A DNA stretch of 60,550 nt, filler included, from 6 parts of 6 records of this genome joined end to end with filler, not necessarily neighbours in it; one strand, 5' to 3'. Positions 10,618 through 21,038 are shown, counted from the first letter of the whole stretch. Notes: generated from the sequence alone by a model not told the origin. Translations and numbers: made by a program.

Positions 10618-10672
10618 TCTTGATATAAAGAATCTTGATGTAGAGATAGTGAGAGAAATCTTGACGTCAAGA
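10618..10672. promoter_or_regulatory. Three PecS-type palindromic operators
   Basis: TCTTGATATAAAGA (10618), TCTTGATGTAGAGA (10633) and perfect TCTTGACGTCAAGA (10659) between divergent pecM/pecS. Confidence 0.8.
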
Positions 10673-10695
10673 CACCTGCCGTGTTTTCTGCGCGG

Positions 10696-11175
10696 ATGGA
10701 CGACATTGACAAGATCAAAGCCCAATGGGCCAAGCAGCGCCCCGATCTGAACACCGACCCAATGGCGTTGATCGGTCGGATCTCACGGCTGTCGCATCAC
10801 CTCGGTCAGGAAATGGGCAAAACCTTTGCCGCGCATAGCCTGACCAGTGCGGGGTTTGATGTTCTGGCCACCTTGCTGCGGTCCGGCCCGCCGCATGCCC
10901 TTTCGCCCAATCAACTGCTCGCCGAGATGATGGTCACATCGGGCACCATGACCCACCGCATTGATTTGCTTGAAAAAGACGGGCTGGTGCGCCGCATCCG
11001 CAACCCGGACGACAAACGCGGTGTCGTGGTTGCCCTGACGGACAAAGGCATAAAAACCGTTGATGCCGCCGTCACAGATCACGTGGCAACCCAGACACGG
11101 CTGGTCTCGCACCTTGCGCCGGAGCAACAAAAACAGCTTAACGCATTGCTCAAGGTGTTTCTCGACGGCCAGTAA
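10696..11175 (+). CDS. pecS: MarR-family regulator, PecS/UrtR-like
   Basis: QWAKQRPDL, FDVLATLLRSG, VTSGTMTHRIDLLE, DKRG. Confidence 0.85.
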   Translation: MDDIDKIKAQWAKQRPDLNTDPMALIGRISRLSHHLGQEMGKTFAAHSLTSAGFDVLATLLRSGPPHALSPNQLLAEMMVTSGTMTHRIDLLEKDGLVRRIRNPDDKRGVVVALTDKGIKTVDAAVTDHVATQTRLVSHLAPEQQKQLNALLKVFLDGQ

Positions 11176-11253
11176 CGCCCGCGTTACCAACACCGCCAGA
11201 CTGGACCCTGCCCGCGCGAACCCCTATCTGACATCCAAGAGCAGGAGCCCGCC

Positions 11254-12204
11254 ATGACCAAACCGCCCCTCACCCTATACCTTGCTGCGCCGCGCGGCTT
11301 TTGCGCGGGTGTAGACCGTGCGATCAAGATTGTTGAGATGGCCTTGGAAAAATGGGGCGCGCCTGTCTATGTCCGCCATGAAATCGTGCACAACAAATTT
11401 GTCGTCGATGGCCTGCGCGACAAAGGCGCGGTGTTTGTTGAGGAACTGTCTGACTGCCCTGACGACCGGCCCGTGATCTTTTCCGCGCACGGCGTGCCCA
11501 AATCTGTGCCAAACGCCGCCGCCGCCCGCAATATGATTTATGTCGATGCCACCTGTCCGCTGGTCAGCAAGGTGCATATCGAGGCACAGCGCCACGCCGA
11601 TGCAGGCCTGCAAATGATCATGATCGGTCACGCAGGCCACCCCGAAACAGTCGGAACAATGGGGCAATTGCCCGATGGCGACGTTCTGCTGGTGGAAACC
11701 CCGCAAGACGTGGCAAAGGTCGCCGTGCGCGATGCGTCCAAACTGGCCTATGTCACCCAAACCACCCTCAGCGTCGATGACACAGCCGAGATTGTCGCGG
11801 CGCTCAAATCCCGGTTTCCGGCCATCATCGGCCCACACAAAGAAGACATCTGTTATGCCACCACCAACCGTCAGGAGGCGGTGAAGGCAATGGCCCCCAA
11901 ATGCGACGCTATGCTGGTTGTCGGCGCGCCCAATTCATCAAACTCCAAACGGCTGGTCGAAGTCGGCACCCGCGCGGGCTGTTCCTATTCGCAACTGGTG
12001 CAACGCGCCGCCGACATCGACTGGCGCAGTCTTGAGGGGATCTCTTCGATCGGCATCACCGCTGGCGCCTCTGCACCCGAAGTTCTGATCAACGAGGTTA
12101 TCGACGCCTTTGGCGCCCGATACAACGTCACCCGCGAGCTGGTGGAAACCGCACAGGAAAACGTCGAGTTCAAAGTGCCGCGTGTGCTGCGCCAACCGGC
12201 GTGA
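11254..12204 (+). CDS. ispH: 4-hydroxy-3-methylbut-2-enyl diphosphate reductase
   Basis: [40 protein letters not shown]. Confidence 0.98.
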   Translation: MTKPPLTLYLAAPRGFCAGVDRAIKIVEMALEKWGAPVYVRHEIVHNKFVVDGLRDKGAVFVEELSDCPDDRPVIFSAHGVPKSVPNAAAARNMIYVDATCPLVSKVHIEAQRHADAGLQMIMIGHAGHPETVGTMGQLPDGDVLLVETPQDVAKVAVRDASKLAYVTQTTLSVDDTAEIVAALKSRFPAIIGPHKEDICYATTNRQEAVKAMAPKCDAMLVVGAPNSSNSKRLVEVGTRAGCSYSQLVQRAADIDWRSLEGISSIGITAGASAPEVLINEVIDAFGARYNVTRELVETAQENVEFKVPRVLRQPA

Positions 12205-12267
12205 GCATTGGCCTTTACGCCTTTGACCGCCTTGCATAGGCTTGGCTGAAACGGCTGGAGGCAACGC

Positions 12268-12882
12268 ATGATCACATTTCAATTCCTGCTCACCGCACTG
12301 GTGGTCGTGCTGGCCCCTGGAACAGGGGTGATCTACACGCTGGCGCTCGGCCTTGGCCAAGGCCGCCGCGCCGCACTTTGGGCCGCGCTGGGATGTACCT
12401 TCGGGATTGTGCCGCACCTCGCCGCCGCCACACTCGGCCTTGCCGCGGTATTGCACACCAGTGCCTTGCTGTTCTCCATCGTCAAATGGGCCGGGGTTGC
12501 CTACCTGCTGTATCTGGCATGGCAGATCCTGAAATCCGGTGGTGCGCTTTCTGTTACGGCGGAGGCCAAACGCGACAGCGGCCTGCGCATTGCCCGGCGC
12601 GGGGCGCTGATCAACATCCTGAACCCGAAACTGTCGATCTTCTTTCTGGCTCTGCTGCCGCCTTTCCTGTCGGGCAACGCCGCAACAGCAACGGCAGAAA
12701 TGTCGGTGCTCGGGCTGGTATTCATGGCCATGACCTTTGGCGTTTTTGTGATCTACGGCTGTTTCGCCGCCGCCGCTCGCACTTGGATCCTCGGCTCCGA
12801 ACCGGTGATGCGCTGGTTGAACCGCAGCTTCGCCGCGATCTTCGCCGCGCTGGCGGGCCGCCTCGCGCTAGAACGCGCCTGA
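12268..12882 (+). CDS. LysE/RhtB family translocator
   Basis: LAPGTG, KWAGVAYLLYL, NILNPK. Confidence 0.92.
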   Translation: MITFQFLLTALVVVLAPGTGVIYTLALGLGQGRRAALWAALGCTFGIVPHLAAATLGLAAVLHTSALLFSIVKWAGVAYLLYLAWQILKSGGALSVTAEAKRDSGLRIARRGALINILNPKLSIFFLALLPPFLSGNAATATAEMSVLGLVFMAMTFGVFVIYGCFAAAARTWILGSEPVMRWLNRSFAAIFAALAGRLALERA

Positions 12883-12883
12883 C

Positions 12884-13336
12884 ATGGGCCGCATCCCCGC
12901 CCCTGCATTTCTGCTCGGCCTTGCGGGGTTGTTGCCCTTTCTCTGGGGCGCATTGCTGGTCCTTGGCTTTTCGGGCGGGTTAGAAGCGATCCTGCCTCAA
13001 TCGCTCAGCGGCGATGGACGGCTGATCATGATCCGCTACGGCGGCATTATCCTGCCGTTTATGTCCGGCGTGCTCTGGGGTTTTGCGACCAAGGCAACAG
13101 GACCGCAAGCGGCCATGGCCTACGCCCTGTCGGTCTTGCCGGCGCTCTGGTGGTTTTTCATGCCGGGGACCGGATATATGTCCGCGCTAATCAACCTCGC
13201 CAGCGGCTTTGCCGGGTTGCTGTTTCTTGATTTTGCATTTCAACGCTGGGGTCTGGCCCCCGTTTGGTGGATGTCTTTGCGCCTGCAACTGTCCTCGGTT
13301 GTGCTGGCTTGTATTGCTGTGGGGATCTTTGCATGA
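12884..13336 (+). CDS. DUF3429-like membrane protein
   Basis: LGLAGLLPF, YGGIILPFMSGVLWG, P.WW..LR..L. Confidence 0.8.
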   Translation: MGRIPAPAFLLGLAGLLPFLWGALLVLGFSGGLEAILPQSLSGDGRLIMIRYGGIILPFMSGVLWGFATKATGPQAAMAYALSVLPALWWFFMPGTGYMSALINLASGFAGLLFLDFAFQRWGLAPVWWMSLRLQLSSVVLACIAVGIFA

Positions 13337-13920
13337 GCGATGACGAAACACTCAAGGTCTATGCCGAAAAGGCGGACGATTATGCCGCCGTTGTCGGCGA
13401 CGATCATGACCCGCATCTGGCGAACTTTGCCAAATCCCTGCCCAAAGGCGGCGCGGTGCTCGACCTTGGTTGCGGGCCGGGCCATGTCGCGGCGGCGCTT
13501 GCCAGCGATGGCTTTGACGTCACCGCCACAGATGCGGTGCCCGAAATGGTCGCAATGGCCAATGCCCACCCCGGCGTGTCGGCCCACTGCGCCACCTTTG
13601 ATGAAATATCGGGAACCGACCTTTATGATGGCATCTGGGCCAACTTCAGCCTCCTGCACGCATCGCGCAGCGATATGCCCCGCCACCTGGCCGCCCTTAA
13701 ATCCGCGCTGAAGCCCGGCGGCGTCTTTCACATCGCCCTCAAATCCGGCAGCGGCAGCAAACGCGACGCCATCGGCAGGCTCTATACCTACTATACGGAC
13801 GCCGAACTCACCGGCCTTTTGGAGGCAGCAGGATTTTCTGTCACCAATCACGCATCAGGACGCGGAAAAGGGCTGGACGGCACCTATGCCGATTGGATAG
13901 CCCTGCGCGCATATGGCTAA
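13333..13920 (+). CDS. Class I SAM-dependent methyltransferase
   Basis: [26 protein letters not shown]. Confidence 0.9.
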   Translation: MSDDETLKVYAEKADDYAAVVGDDHDPHLANFAKSLPKGGAVLDLGCGPGHVAAALASDGFDVTATDAVPEMVAMANAHPGVSAHCATFDEISGTDLYDGIWANFSLLHASRSDMPRHLAALKSALKPGGVFHIALKSGSGSKRDAIGRLYTYYTDAELTGLLEAAGFSVTNHASGRGKGLDGTYADWIALRAYG

Positions 13921-14299
13921 ATTATACGCATACACAGATGGCGCCTGCTCAGGGAACCCCGGCCCCGGCGGCTGGGGCGCATTGATGCAGGCAAAGGACG
14001 GCGAAATCGTCGTCAAAGAACGCGAACTCAAGGGCGGCGAGGCCGCGACCACCAACAACCGCATGGAACTGATGGCGGCGATCAGCGCGCTTGAGGCACT
14101 CGACCGCGCAACAGAAATCACCATCGTCACCGACAGCAACTACGTCAAAAACGGGATCACCGGCTGGATTTTTGGCTGGAAGAAAAACGGCTGGAAGAAC
14201 GCCGCGAAAAAGCCGGTGAAGAACGCCGAACTCTGGCAACGGTTGGACGCCGCCAACGCCCGCCATCAAGTGACATGGGAATGGGTCAAAGGCCACGCA
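13913..14299 (+). CDS. rnhA: Ribonuclease HI (3' truncated)
   Basis: [35 protein letters not shown]. Confidence 0.98.
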
Positions 14300-14399
14300 N
14301 NNNNNNNNNNNNNNNNNNNNNNNNNNNNNNNNNNNNNNNNNNNTTAATTAATTAANNNNNNNNNNNNNNNNNNNNNNNNNNNNNNNNNNNNNNNNNNNN
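14300..14399. other. Artificial contig linker
   Basis: N-run plus TTAATTAATTAA. Confidence 0.99.
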
Positions 14400-14736
14400 C
14401 GACGACAAAGGTGGCACCATGCGTCTGGGTGCCTATGATGCGACCCTCACAGAGGGATCTAAAGTGGCGCAGGCCTATGGCACCACCGCCATTGATGAGC
14501 GCCACCGCCACCGCTATGAGGTTGATATCGCTTACAAAGACAAGCTCGAAGAGGCAGGCCTGAAGTTTTCCGGCATGTCCCCCGATGGCAAACTGCCCGA
14601 GATTGTCGAATGGCAGGATCATCCATGGTTCATCGGCGTACAGTTCCATCCCGAACTGAAATCCAAGCCCTTTGACCCGCATCCCCTGTTCAAGGACTTT
14701 GTCCGCGCGGCCAAAGAAATGTCACGGCTGGTTTAA
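14400..14736 (+). CDS. pyrG: CTP synthase C-terminus (5' partial)
   Basis: [23 protein letters not shown]. Confidence 0.97.
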
Positions 14737-14770
14737 CGCTGCTGAAAATTGCAGGTGTTAAGTTACCAGT

Positions 14771-15208
14771 ATGGTGCGTCTTTTCTTCCTGCTTTTGCCG
14801 GGTTTGATCCCGTCTTGGGAATTTTTCAAAGCAATTGAACCCTCGCCACGGGTGCAGTGGCGCTTGTTTGCTGCCCCTCTAGAGGATGGCGAAGGCTGGA
14901 ACGAATTTCGGCCTCGGCCACAAAATCTGTCCCTGCTGACCATTCTGCGGCGCTTGATCTGGAACCCGCGCTGGAACGATTCTCTTTACCTAGTAAGCTT
15001 GTCGGAACGGCTGATGTTGAACCCGAACCAGCACAGTGTGGATGAGATTTTTGACAGGTTGAACTTTTATGTATCGGCGCCGGGCCCCGTTGACGATGGC
15101 CCGCTGAACCTGCAATTCCGTCTGATCTTTGTGCGCCGCGAAGGCGAGCAGATCACGGAAAGCATCACCTATATGTCCGAGCCGCGCATCTATCGGGGCC
15201 GCCCATGA
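14771..15208 (+). CDS. Hypothetical protein, SdpA-like partner of HTTM protein
   Basis: Hydrophobic N-terminus followed by SWEFF; ATGA overlap with the downstream HTTM gene. Confidence 0.55.
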   Translation: MVRLFFLLLPGLIPSWEFFKAIEPSPRVQWRLFAAPLEDGEGWNEFRPRPQNLSLLTILRRLIWNPRWNDSLYLVSLSERLMLNPNQHSVDEIFDRLNFYVSAPGPVDDGPLNLQFRLIFVRREGEQITESITYMSEPRIYRGRP

Positions 15209-15897
15209 CGCTCGACACCGCCTTTCGCGCTACCGAAGTGCTGATCGCGCTGGCCTTCCTTCAACAAAGCGCCGAATTCATGCTGCGCGCCGGGGTGGAA
15301 CGGGCGATTTTTGCCGTCCGTATCGTGGCCTGCCTTGCCCTGCTCTTTGGCGCTCAAACCGAACTGGCATTGCTGGTTCTTGTGGTGATCAGCCTATGGA
15401 TGCTGCATCGGTTTCAAGGGCCCTACAATGGCGGCAGCGACCGGATGAGCTTGCTGATCCTGTGGTGTCTGACCCTTGCGCAATGGATGCCAACGCTGTT
15501 CTGGCAAGAGGTGATCTTTGGCTATCTCGCCTTTCAGCTGACGCTGTCTTATTTCATTTCGGGGCGGGTCAAGATCGTGAATCCTGAATGGCGGTCTGGC
15601 CGGGCGCTGCGGGATGTGTTTGCCTTTTCCGCCTATCCGGTCAGCGAGAACCTGCGCCAGCTGTCCACCCGCCCCCGTCTGCTTTGGGCGGCCTCATGGG
15701 CGGTGATCCTGTTCGAGGTGGTGTTCCCGCTGGCATTGCTCAATCAAACCCTGCTGATTGCCGCGCTGTGCATCGGGGCGAGCTTTCATCTGTCGAATGC
15801 GATTTTCTTTGGGCTGAACCGATTTGTCTGGATCTGGGTGGCGGCTTATCCCTCCCTTCTTTGGTTTCAGGGCCGTGTCTTTGGTGGTGTTTTCTGA
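15205..15897 (+). CDS. HTTM-domain (VKGC/SdpB-like) membrane protein
   Basis: Multi-TM; NGGSD, Q...SYF.SG..K...EWRSG.AL, FE, FH..N....GLNRF. Confidence 0.75.
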   Translation: MTLDTAFRATEVLIALAFLQQSAEFMLRAGVERAIFAVRIVACLALLFGAQTELALLVLVVISLWMLHRFQGPYNGGSDRMSLLILWCLTLAQWMPTLFWQEVIFGYLAFQLTLSYFISGRVKIVNPEWRSGRALRDVFAFSAYPVSENLRQLSTRPRLLWAASWAVILFEVVFPLALLNQTLLIAALCIGASFHLSNAIFFGLNRFVWIWVAAYPSLLWFQGRVFGGVF

Positions 15898-15943
15898 TCC
15901 GCACACCATTGCGCCGCTGCCACAAAACGCTACACGGGGGCAC

Positions 15944-16720
15944 ATGCTGAGTTATCAACACATTTATCACGCAGGCAATCTGGCGGATGTTCAGAAACAC
16001 GCGCTGTTGGCCTGGATGCTGTCCTATCTGACCCGCAAGGACAAACCCCTTACCTATATGGAAACCCATTCTGGAAGGGCGCTTTATGATCTGACGGATG
16101 ATGCCGCCCTCAAGACCGGAGAGGCCGCGCAAGGCGTTGAAAAGGTTCAGGGCTGGTTTGCCGCTGATCACCCCTATGCAGAGGTTTTGGCGCAAACGCG
16201 CGGCACCCACGGGCCTGACGCCTACCCCGGATCACCGATGATCGCAGCAAAGCTGTTGCGGGCGCAGGACCGCATTCATCTGGCCGAACTGCACCCCCAG
16301 GAACACAGCGGGCTTGATCTGGCGATGTCGCCCTATCCGGCGAAATGTTACTTGCAGGACGGGTTCGAGATGGCCTTTGCCCTGACCCCGCCAACGCCGC
16401 GCCGCGGGATGTTGTTGATTGATCCCAGCTATGAGATCAAAACCGACTATCAGGACATTCCCAAACAGATCGGCAAACTGGCCCGCGCGTGGAACGTCGG
16501 GATCATCGCGCTGTGGTATCCGATCCTGACCAACAAGGCGCATCTGCCGATGCTGCAATTGCTGGGCCAGGCGCACCCCGACGCCCTGCGCTCCGAGGTC
16601 CGGTTTCCACCCGCGCGTCCCGGCCACGGGATGGTGGGTTCGGGCCTGTTTGTGATCAACCCGCCCTATGGTCTGGCCGATGAGGCCAGGCGTCTGGCTG
16701 CTCTCTTCGCCAAGTTGTGA
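15944..16720 (+). CDS. rlmJ: 23S rRNA m6A2030 methyltransferase
   Basis: MLSYQHIYHAGNLADVQKH, YPGSP, LIDPSYE, INPP. Confidence 0.95.
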   Translation: MLSYQHIYHAGNLADVQKHALLAWMLSYLTRKDKPLTYMETHSGRALYDLTDDAALKTGEAAQGVEKVQGWFAADHPYAEVLAQTRGTHGPDAYPGSPMIAAKLLRAQDRIHLAELHPQEHSGLDLAMSPYPAKCYLQDGFEMAFALTPPTPRRGMLLIDPSYEIKTDYQDIPKQIGKLARAWNVGIIALWYPILTNKAHLPMLQLLGQAHPDALRSEVRFPPARPGHGMVGSGLFVINPPYGLADEARRLAALFAKL

Positions 16721-16775
16721 GGCCTGCGGACAACTAAAACGATACGCATCTCGAAAAATATGCTAGGCTTTCGGG

Positions 16776-17426
16776 ATGACACGTCTCGGCGCAATTTTTC
16801 TGGCCTTGATGCCCCATGCCGCATTGGCCTGCGGTGCACCGGTTTGTCTGGTTGATCCAGACGGGCTGGTCCTGCCGCAAGTGATCACCTTTGACGATAT
16901 TCAGGCGGGCGGCGGACCGGGCTTTCGGGTCGATGATATTCTGCCCCTGCCCGGCGCCACCTTTGGCGAACGCTTTGCCGGCCAGATCGTTGAGGATGTT
17001 GGCACCCATGACCAGATCGCCGGCACCGCTTTTGCCCCCCTCACGATGATGCCCGGCGATGCGGGGCAAAACCTTTCAGTGGTGCGGTTTGGCGGCACGA
17101 CCGTGCTTAACGGATATGGCGCGGCGGGCTACCCCAAGCGCGAGGCGCAGGGCGAAGGCGCGATTGCGGTTTTGTTCGACGAGGACCAATCCGCCTTTGC
17201 CTTCGATCTGCGCGGCGGCGAGGCTGGCGTTGCAATGGTCTCGTTCCACCGCCGAGATGGCACGTTGATCGGCACAGTTCCCATCGACCCGACCGGCGAA
17301 TTCTCCGTCGGGTTCATCCGCAATCGCGGGCCTGACGACATCGCGGGCTTTATTGTGACAAATACTGACCCTCAGGGGCTTGCGATTGACACTTTACGCT
17401 TTGGAAAACCACCCAACCTCAGCTAA
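16776..17426 (+). CDS. Secreted hypothetical protein
   Basis: Signal peptide (ALA-C), beta-rich body. Confidence 0.7.
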   Translation: MTRLGAIFLALMPHAALACGAPVCLVDPDGLVLPQVITFDDIQAGGGPGFRVDDILPLPGATFGERFAGQIVEDVGTHDQIAGTAFAPLTMMPGDAGQNLSVVRFGGTTVLNGYGAAGYPKREAQGEGAIAVLFDEDQSAFAFDLRGGEAGVAMVSFHRRDGTLIGTVPIDPTGEFSVGFIRNRGPDDIAGFIVTNTDPQGLAIDTLRFGKPPNLS

Positions 17427-17435
17427 TAACGGCTT

Positions 17436-17873
17436 ATGTTTGAACGTCTCTTCCCGCGCCGCGCACCAGAACCAAAGCCCCTGCCCCAACCCAATGCCCA
17501 GCTCGCGCTTGGCGCCTTGCTGGTGCGTGTGGCCTTTGCTGACAAGGACTACAAAGCCGCCGAAATTGGCCAGATTGATCGTATCCTTGCACAATCCTTT
17601 GACCTGAACCCGATTGAGGCGGCCAAACTGCGTGCCACATGCGAGGCGCTGGAACGTGATGCCCCGGGCACACCCGAATTTGCGGCCATTCTGCGCGAAG
17701 AGGTGGATTATGCCGACCGCAAGGCGCTGGGTGATGCGATGTGGTCCGTTGCGCTGGCTGATGGCGATCGCGATGATGCCGAGGAAGAGCAACTCTCGCA
17801 AATCGAGGCGGCCCTTGGCCTGACCGATATCGACATTCAGGCGGCCCGCGAAAACGCCCTGCGCTCTATCTGA
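17436..17873 (+). CDS. TerB-family protein
   Basis: ALLVRVAFAD, MWSVALADG...EE. Confidence 0.85.
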   Translation: MFERLFPRRAPEPKPLPQPNAQLALGALLVRVAFADKDYKAAEIGQIDRILAQSFDLNPIEAAKLRATCEALERDAPGTPEFAAILREEVDYADRKALGDAMWSVALADGDRDDAEEEQLSQIEAALGLTDIDIQAARENALRSI

Positions 17874-17909
17874 CTTGGCCTGCGCGGCTGCGCACCCTAT
17901 ATCGCTTTT

Positions 17910-18353
17910 ATGTTTGCAGATTTTATCAAACGGCTGACCCAGCCTGATCCCGCCCCGCTGCCGGATGATGACGCCCGCCTTGCCCTGACCGCCCTACTGG
18001 TGCGAATCGCCCGGTCCGATAACGATTATGCCGCCAGCGAATCCCGCCTGATCGACCAGATCGTGATGCAGCGCTATGGCCTTGACGCCGAGGGCGCAAG
18101 CGCCCTGCGCAGCGACGCAGAAAAACTGGAGGCCGAAGCGCCGGACACCGTCCGTTTTACCCGCGCCATCAAGGACGCGGTTGCCTATGAGAACCGTCTG
18201 GCGGTGATCGAGGCACTTTGGCAGGTGGTTTTGGCCGATGGCAGCCGTTCCGACGAGGAAAACGCGCTGCTGCGTCTGGTGGCAAGCCTGCTGGGAATCA
18301 CCGATACAGACAGCGCAATGGCCCGAAAACGCATCGAAAACGCGCCAAACTGA
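17910..18353 (+). CDS. TerB-family protein (tandem paralog)
   Basis: ALLVRIARSD, LWQVVLADG.RS.EE. Confidence 0.88.
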   Translation: MFADFIKRLTQPDPAPLPDDDARLALTALLVRIARSDNDYAASESRLIDQIVMQRYGLDAEGASALRSDAEKLEAEAPDTVRFTRAIKDAVAYENRLAVIEALWQVVLADGSRSDEENALLRLVASLLGITDTDSAMARKRIENAPN

Positions 18354-18470
18354 CCGGTTTCAGGGCGGAATGTGATCGAAACGGCTCACAGGCAAAGCTC
18401 TGCGTTGCATTTGTTTTGGTTTTGGCTCTTTATGACCTACCGAAACGCCTAAAAAAGAGACACGTCCCAC

Positions 18471-19247
18471 GTGAACACACAAACGCCGGTCATCCAAATC
18501 AACAACCTTCACAAGGCCTATGGCGCGTTGGAGGTTCTCAAAGGGGTGAGTATCACCGCCGAGCGCGGCCACGTGATTTCGCTGATCGGCTCGTCCGGTT
18601 CGGGCAAATCGACCCTGCTGCGGTGCTGTAACCTGCTTGAGGACAGCCAACAGGGCGAAGTGATCTTCAAGGGCGAGCCCGTTGCGTGGAAAGGCACCGG
18701 CCATGGCCGCCGCCCCGCCGATGCCAAACAGGTGCTGCGCATCCGCACCAACCTGTCGATGGTGTTTCAGCAGTTTAACCTCTGGGCGCATATGTCGATC
18801 TTGCAGAACGTGATGGAAGCGCCGTTGACGGTGCTGGGCCGTGACCGCGCCGAGGTGGAAAAATCCGCCCGCGCCTATCTCGACAAGGTTGGCATTGGCG
18901 ACAAATGTGATGTCTATCCGGCGCAATTGTCGGGCGGCCAGCAACAACGCGCGGCGATTGCACGGGCGCTTTGCATGGAGCCTGAGGCGCTGCTTTTTGA
19001 TGAACCGACCTCGGCCCTTGACCCCGAGCTGGAACAGGAAGTTGTCAAAGTGATCAAGGATCTGGCCGCCGAAGGCCGTACCATGATGATTGTGACCCAT
19101 GATATGAAACTGGCCGCGGATGTGTCGGACACGGTGGTGTTCCTGCATCAGGGCCTGATCGAAGAACAAGGGGCGCCGGAGGCTGTTTTTGGCGCACCCA
19201 AATCCGAACGACTGCGCGGGTTCCTTTCGGCGACCCAACCTTCGTAA
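18471..19247 (+). CDS. Polar amino-acid ABC transporter ATP-binding protein (HisP-like)
   Basis: GSSGSGKST, LSGGQQQR, LLFDEPTSALDPE. Confidence 0.95.
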   Translation: MNTQTPVIQINNLHKAYGALEVLKGVSITAERGHVISLIGSSGSGKSTLLRCCNLLEDSQQGEVIFKGEPVAWKGTGHGRRPADAKQVLRIRTNLSMVFQQFNLWAHMSILQNVMEAPLTVLGRDRAEVEKSARAYLDKVGIGDKCDVYPAQLSGGQQQRAAIARALCMEPEALLFDEPTSALDPELEQEVVKVIKDLAAEGRTMMIVTHDMKLAADVSDTVVFLHQGLIEEQGAPEAVFGAPKSERLRGFLSATQPS

Positions 19248-19274
19248 ACTAAAAAACCAAACGGGAGACTACTC

Positions 19275-20009
19275 ATGAAAAAGATTATCCTCGCGACAGC
19301 GGCGCTGGCCGTTTCCGGGTCGCTGGCGTTTGCCGACGGCCATGGCAAAACCATCCGCATGGGCACCGAAGGCGCCTACCCTCCGTACAACTATCTCAAT
19401 GATGACGGCAAAATTGACGGCTTTGAAATCGAGCTGGGCAATGAGCTGTGCAAACGCGCTGAGCTGAAGTGCGAATGGGTCACAAACGAGTGGGACAGCA
19501 TCATCCCCAACCTCGTCTCAAGCAACTATGACACCATCATGGCCGGCATGAGCATCACCGATGAGCGCGACGAAGTCATTGATTTCACTCAGGACTATTT
19601 CCCGCCCACCGCCTCTGCTTATGTTGCTGCCTCCGAAGGTGCGGATCTGGAATCCGGTGTGGTTGCCGCACAGACATCCACCATTCAGGCCGGTCACATC
19701 GCGGCAAGCGGCGCACAGCTGGTTGAATTTGCAACGCCCGAAGAAACTGTCGCAGCCGTGCGCAAGGGCGAAGCAGACGCAGTGTTCGCGGACAAAGATT
19801 ACCTCGCGCCACTGGTCGAAGCCTCCGGCGGTGAGTTGATGTTTGTTGGTCCAGACGTTCCATTGGGCGGCGGCATCGGCATGGGTCTGCGTGAAAGCGA
19901 CACAGAGCTGAAAACAAAGTTCGACGCGGCCATCACCGCGATGAAAGCGGACGGCACGCTCAACACCATGTTGAAAAAGTGGTTCGGCGACGAAACCGCT
20001 ACCTACTAA
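19275..20009 (+). CDS. Polar amino-acid ABC transporter substrate-binding protein
   Basis: Signal peptide, GTEGAYPPYN, MSITDER. Confidence 0.95.
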   Translation: MKKIILATAALAVSGSLAFADGHGKTIRMGTEGAYPPYNYLNDDGKIDGFEIELGNELCKRAELKCEWVTNEWDSIIPNLVSSNYDTIMAGMSITDERDEVIDFTQDYFPPTASAYVAASEGADLESGVVAAQTSTIQAGHIAASGAQLVEFATPEETVAAVRKGEADAVFADKDYLAPLVEASGGELMFVGPDVPLGGGIGMGLRESDTELKTKFDAAITAMKADGTLNTMLKKWFGDETATY

Positions 20010-20017
20010 ACCAATCA

Positions 20018-20050
20018 GGGGGAGGGCATCGCGCCCTCCCCTTACCTTTT
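20018..20050 (+). terminator. Hairpin after SBP gene (terminator/mRNA stabiliser)
   Basis: GGGGAGGGC-ATCGC-GCCCTCCCC followed by a T-rich run. Confidence 0.6.
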
Positions 20051-20088
20051 GATAAGACACAGTTTCTACAGCATCCACAGGTGCCGCC

Positions 20089-20694
20089 ATTTTCGAATAT
20101 TGCGCAGACCCCAGCCAGCTTGAAGGCTTTCGCTGGCTCAGTTGCTACCTGACCACGGGCAAGCATATGTCACTGTACTGGTCGGTCGTGACCGTGCTGA
20201 CGCTTTTGGCGATTACCGCGCCCGTCGCGCTTGCCTTTGGATTTGCCGGGGCCTCTGCGGCACGGTCATCGTTCTTTCCGCTGCGCTGGTTCGGCAAGAC
20301 CTATATCGCGCTGGTGCGCGGCGTGCCGGATATCGCGTTTTTCCTGTTCTTTGTGATCGCACTGGATCAGGCCATTGAATATCTGCGCCACAAGGTACTT
20401 TGCCCCGATTGGGAAGAGCCCATTCGGCAGGGCAATGATTTTGTTGTCTGTCAGGCCGCCAAGATGCCGCTCGGCAGTGCACCGCAATGGGTGCACGAAA
20501 GCTATGGTTTCGGCATTGCGGTTGTGACCTTTGCCATCGTGTTTGGCGCCTTTGCCGCCAATGTCCTGTTCGGTGCCATGCGGGCCGTGCCCCGCGCCCA
20601 GCTTGAAACCGCCGAAGCCTACGGGATGTCACAGCGCCAGACCTTCTGGCGTGTATTGGTGCCGCAAATGTGGGTCTTTGCCCTGCCCGGTCTC
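20089..20694 (+). CDS. Amino-acid ABC transporter permease (3' truncated; start at ATT 20089 or ATG 20167)
   Basis: YIALVRGVPD, EAA-like QLETAEAYGMS. Confidence 0.9.
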
Positions 20695-20794
20695 NNNNNN
20701 NNNNNNNNNNNNNNNNNNNNNNNNNNNNNNNNNNNNNNTTAATTAATTAANNNNNNNNNNNNNNNNNNNNNNNNNNNNNNNNNNNNNNNNNNNN
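20695..20794. other. Artificial contig linker
   Basis: N-run plus TTAATTAATTAA. Confidence 0.99.
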
Positions 20795-21038
20795 TTCGAA
20801 GAAAATCTGCCGAGAGCCCGGTTCTGGCTTCATCTCGTCAATTGCACTACAGGCTCTTCCGAAGGAAGATGCCGCAGCTTTGTAAAACATCCGCATGCGG
20901 CAGTTGCTCCGCAAGACCAATGAGAGCGCAGGACCTCAACCGCCCCTTGTCCAAGCCCCGCTTGAGGCAGAGCCGTCTTGCGGTCAGTATCGGATTGGCA
21001 GAGATGTAGCCTGTCATGAGCGATGAAAGAGCAGCAAA

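Noticed and set aside
17436-18353. Tandem TerB genes as a tellurite/defence island
   Set aside because: No other ter genes are present and they sit among housekeeping genes.
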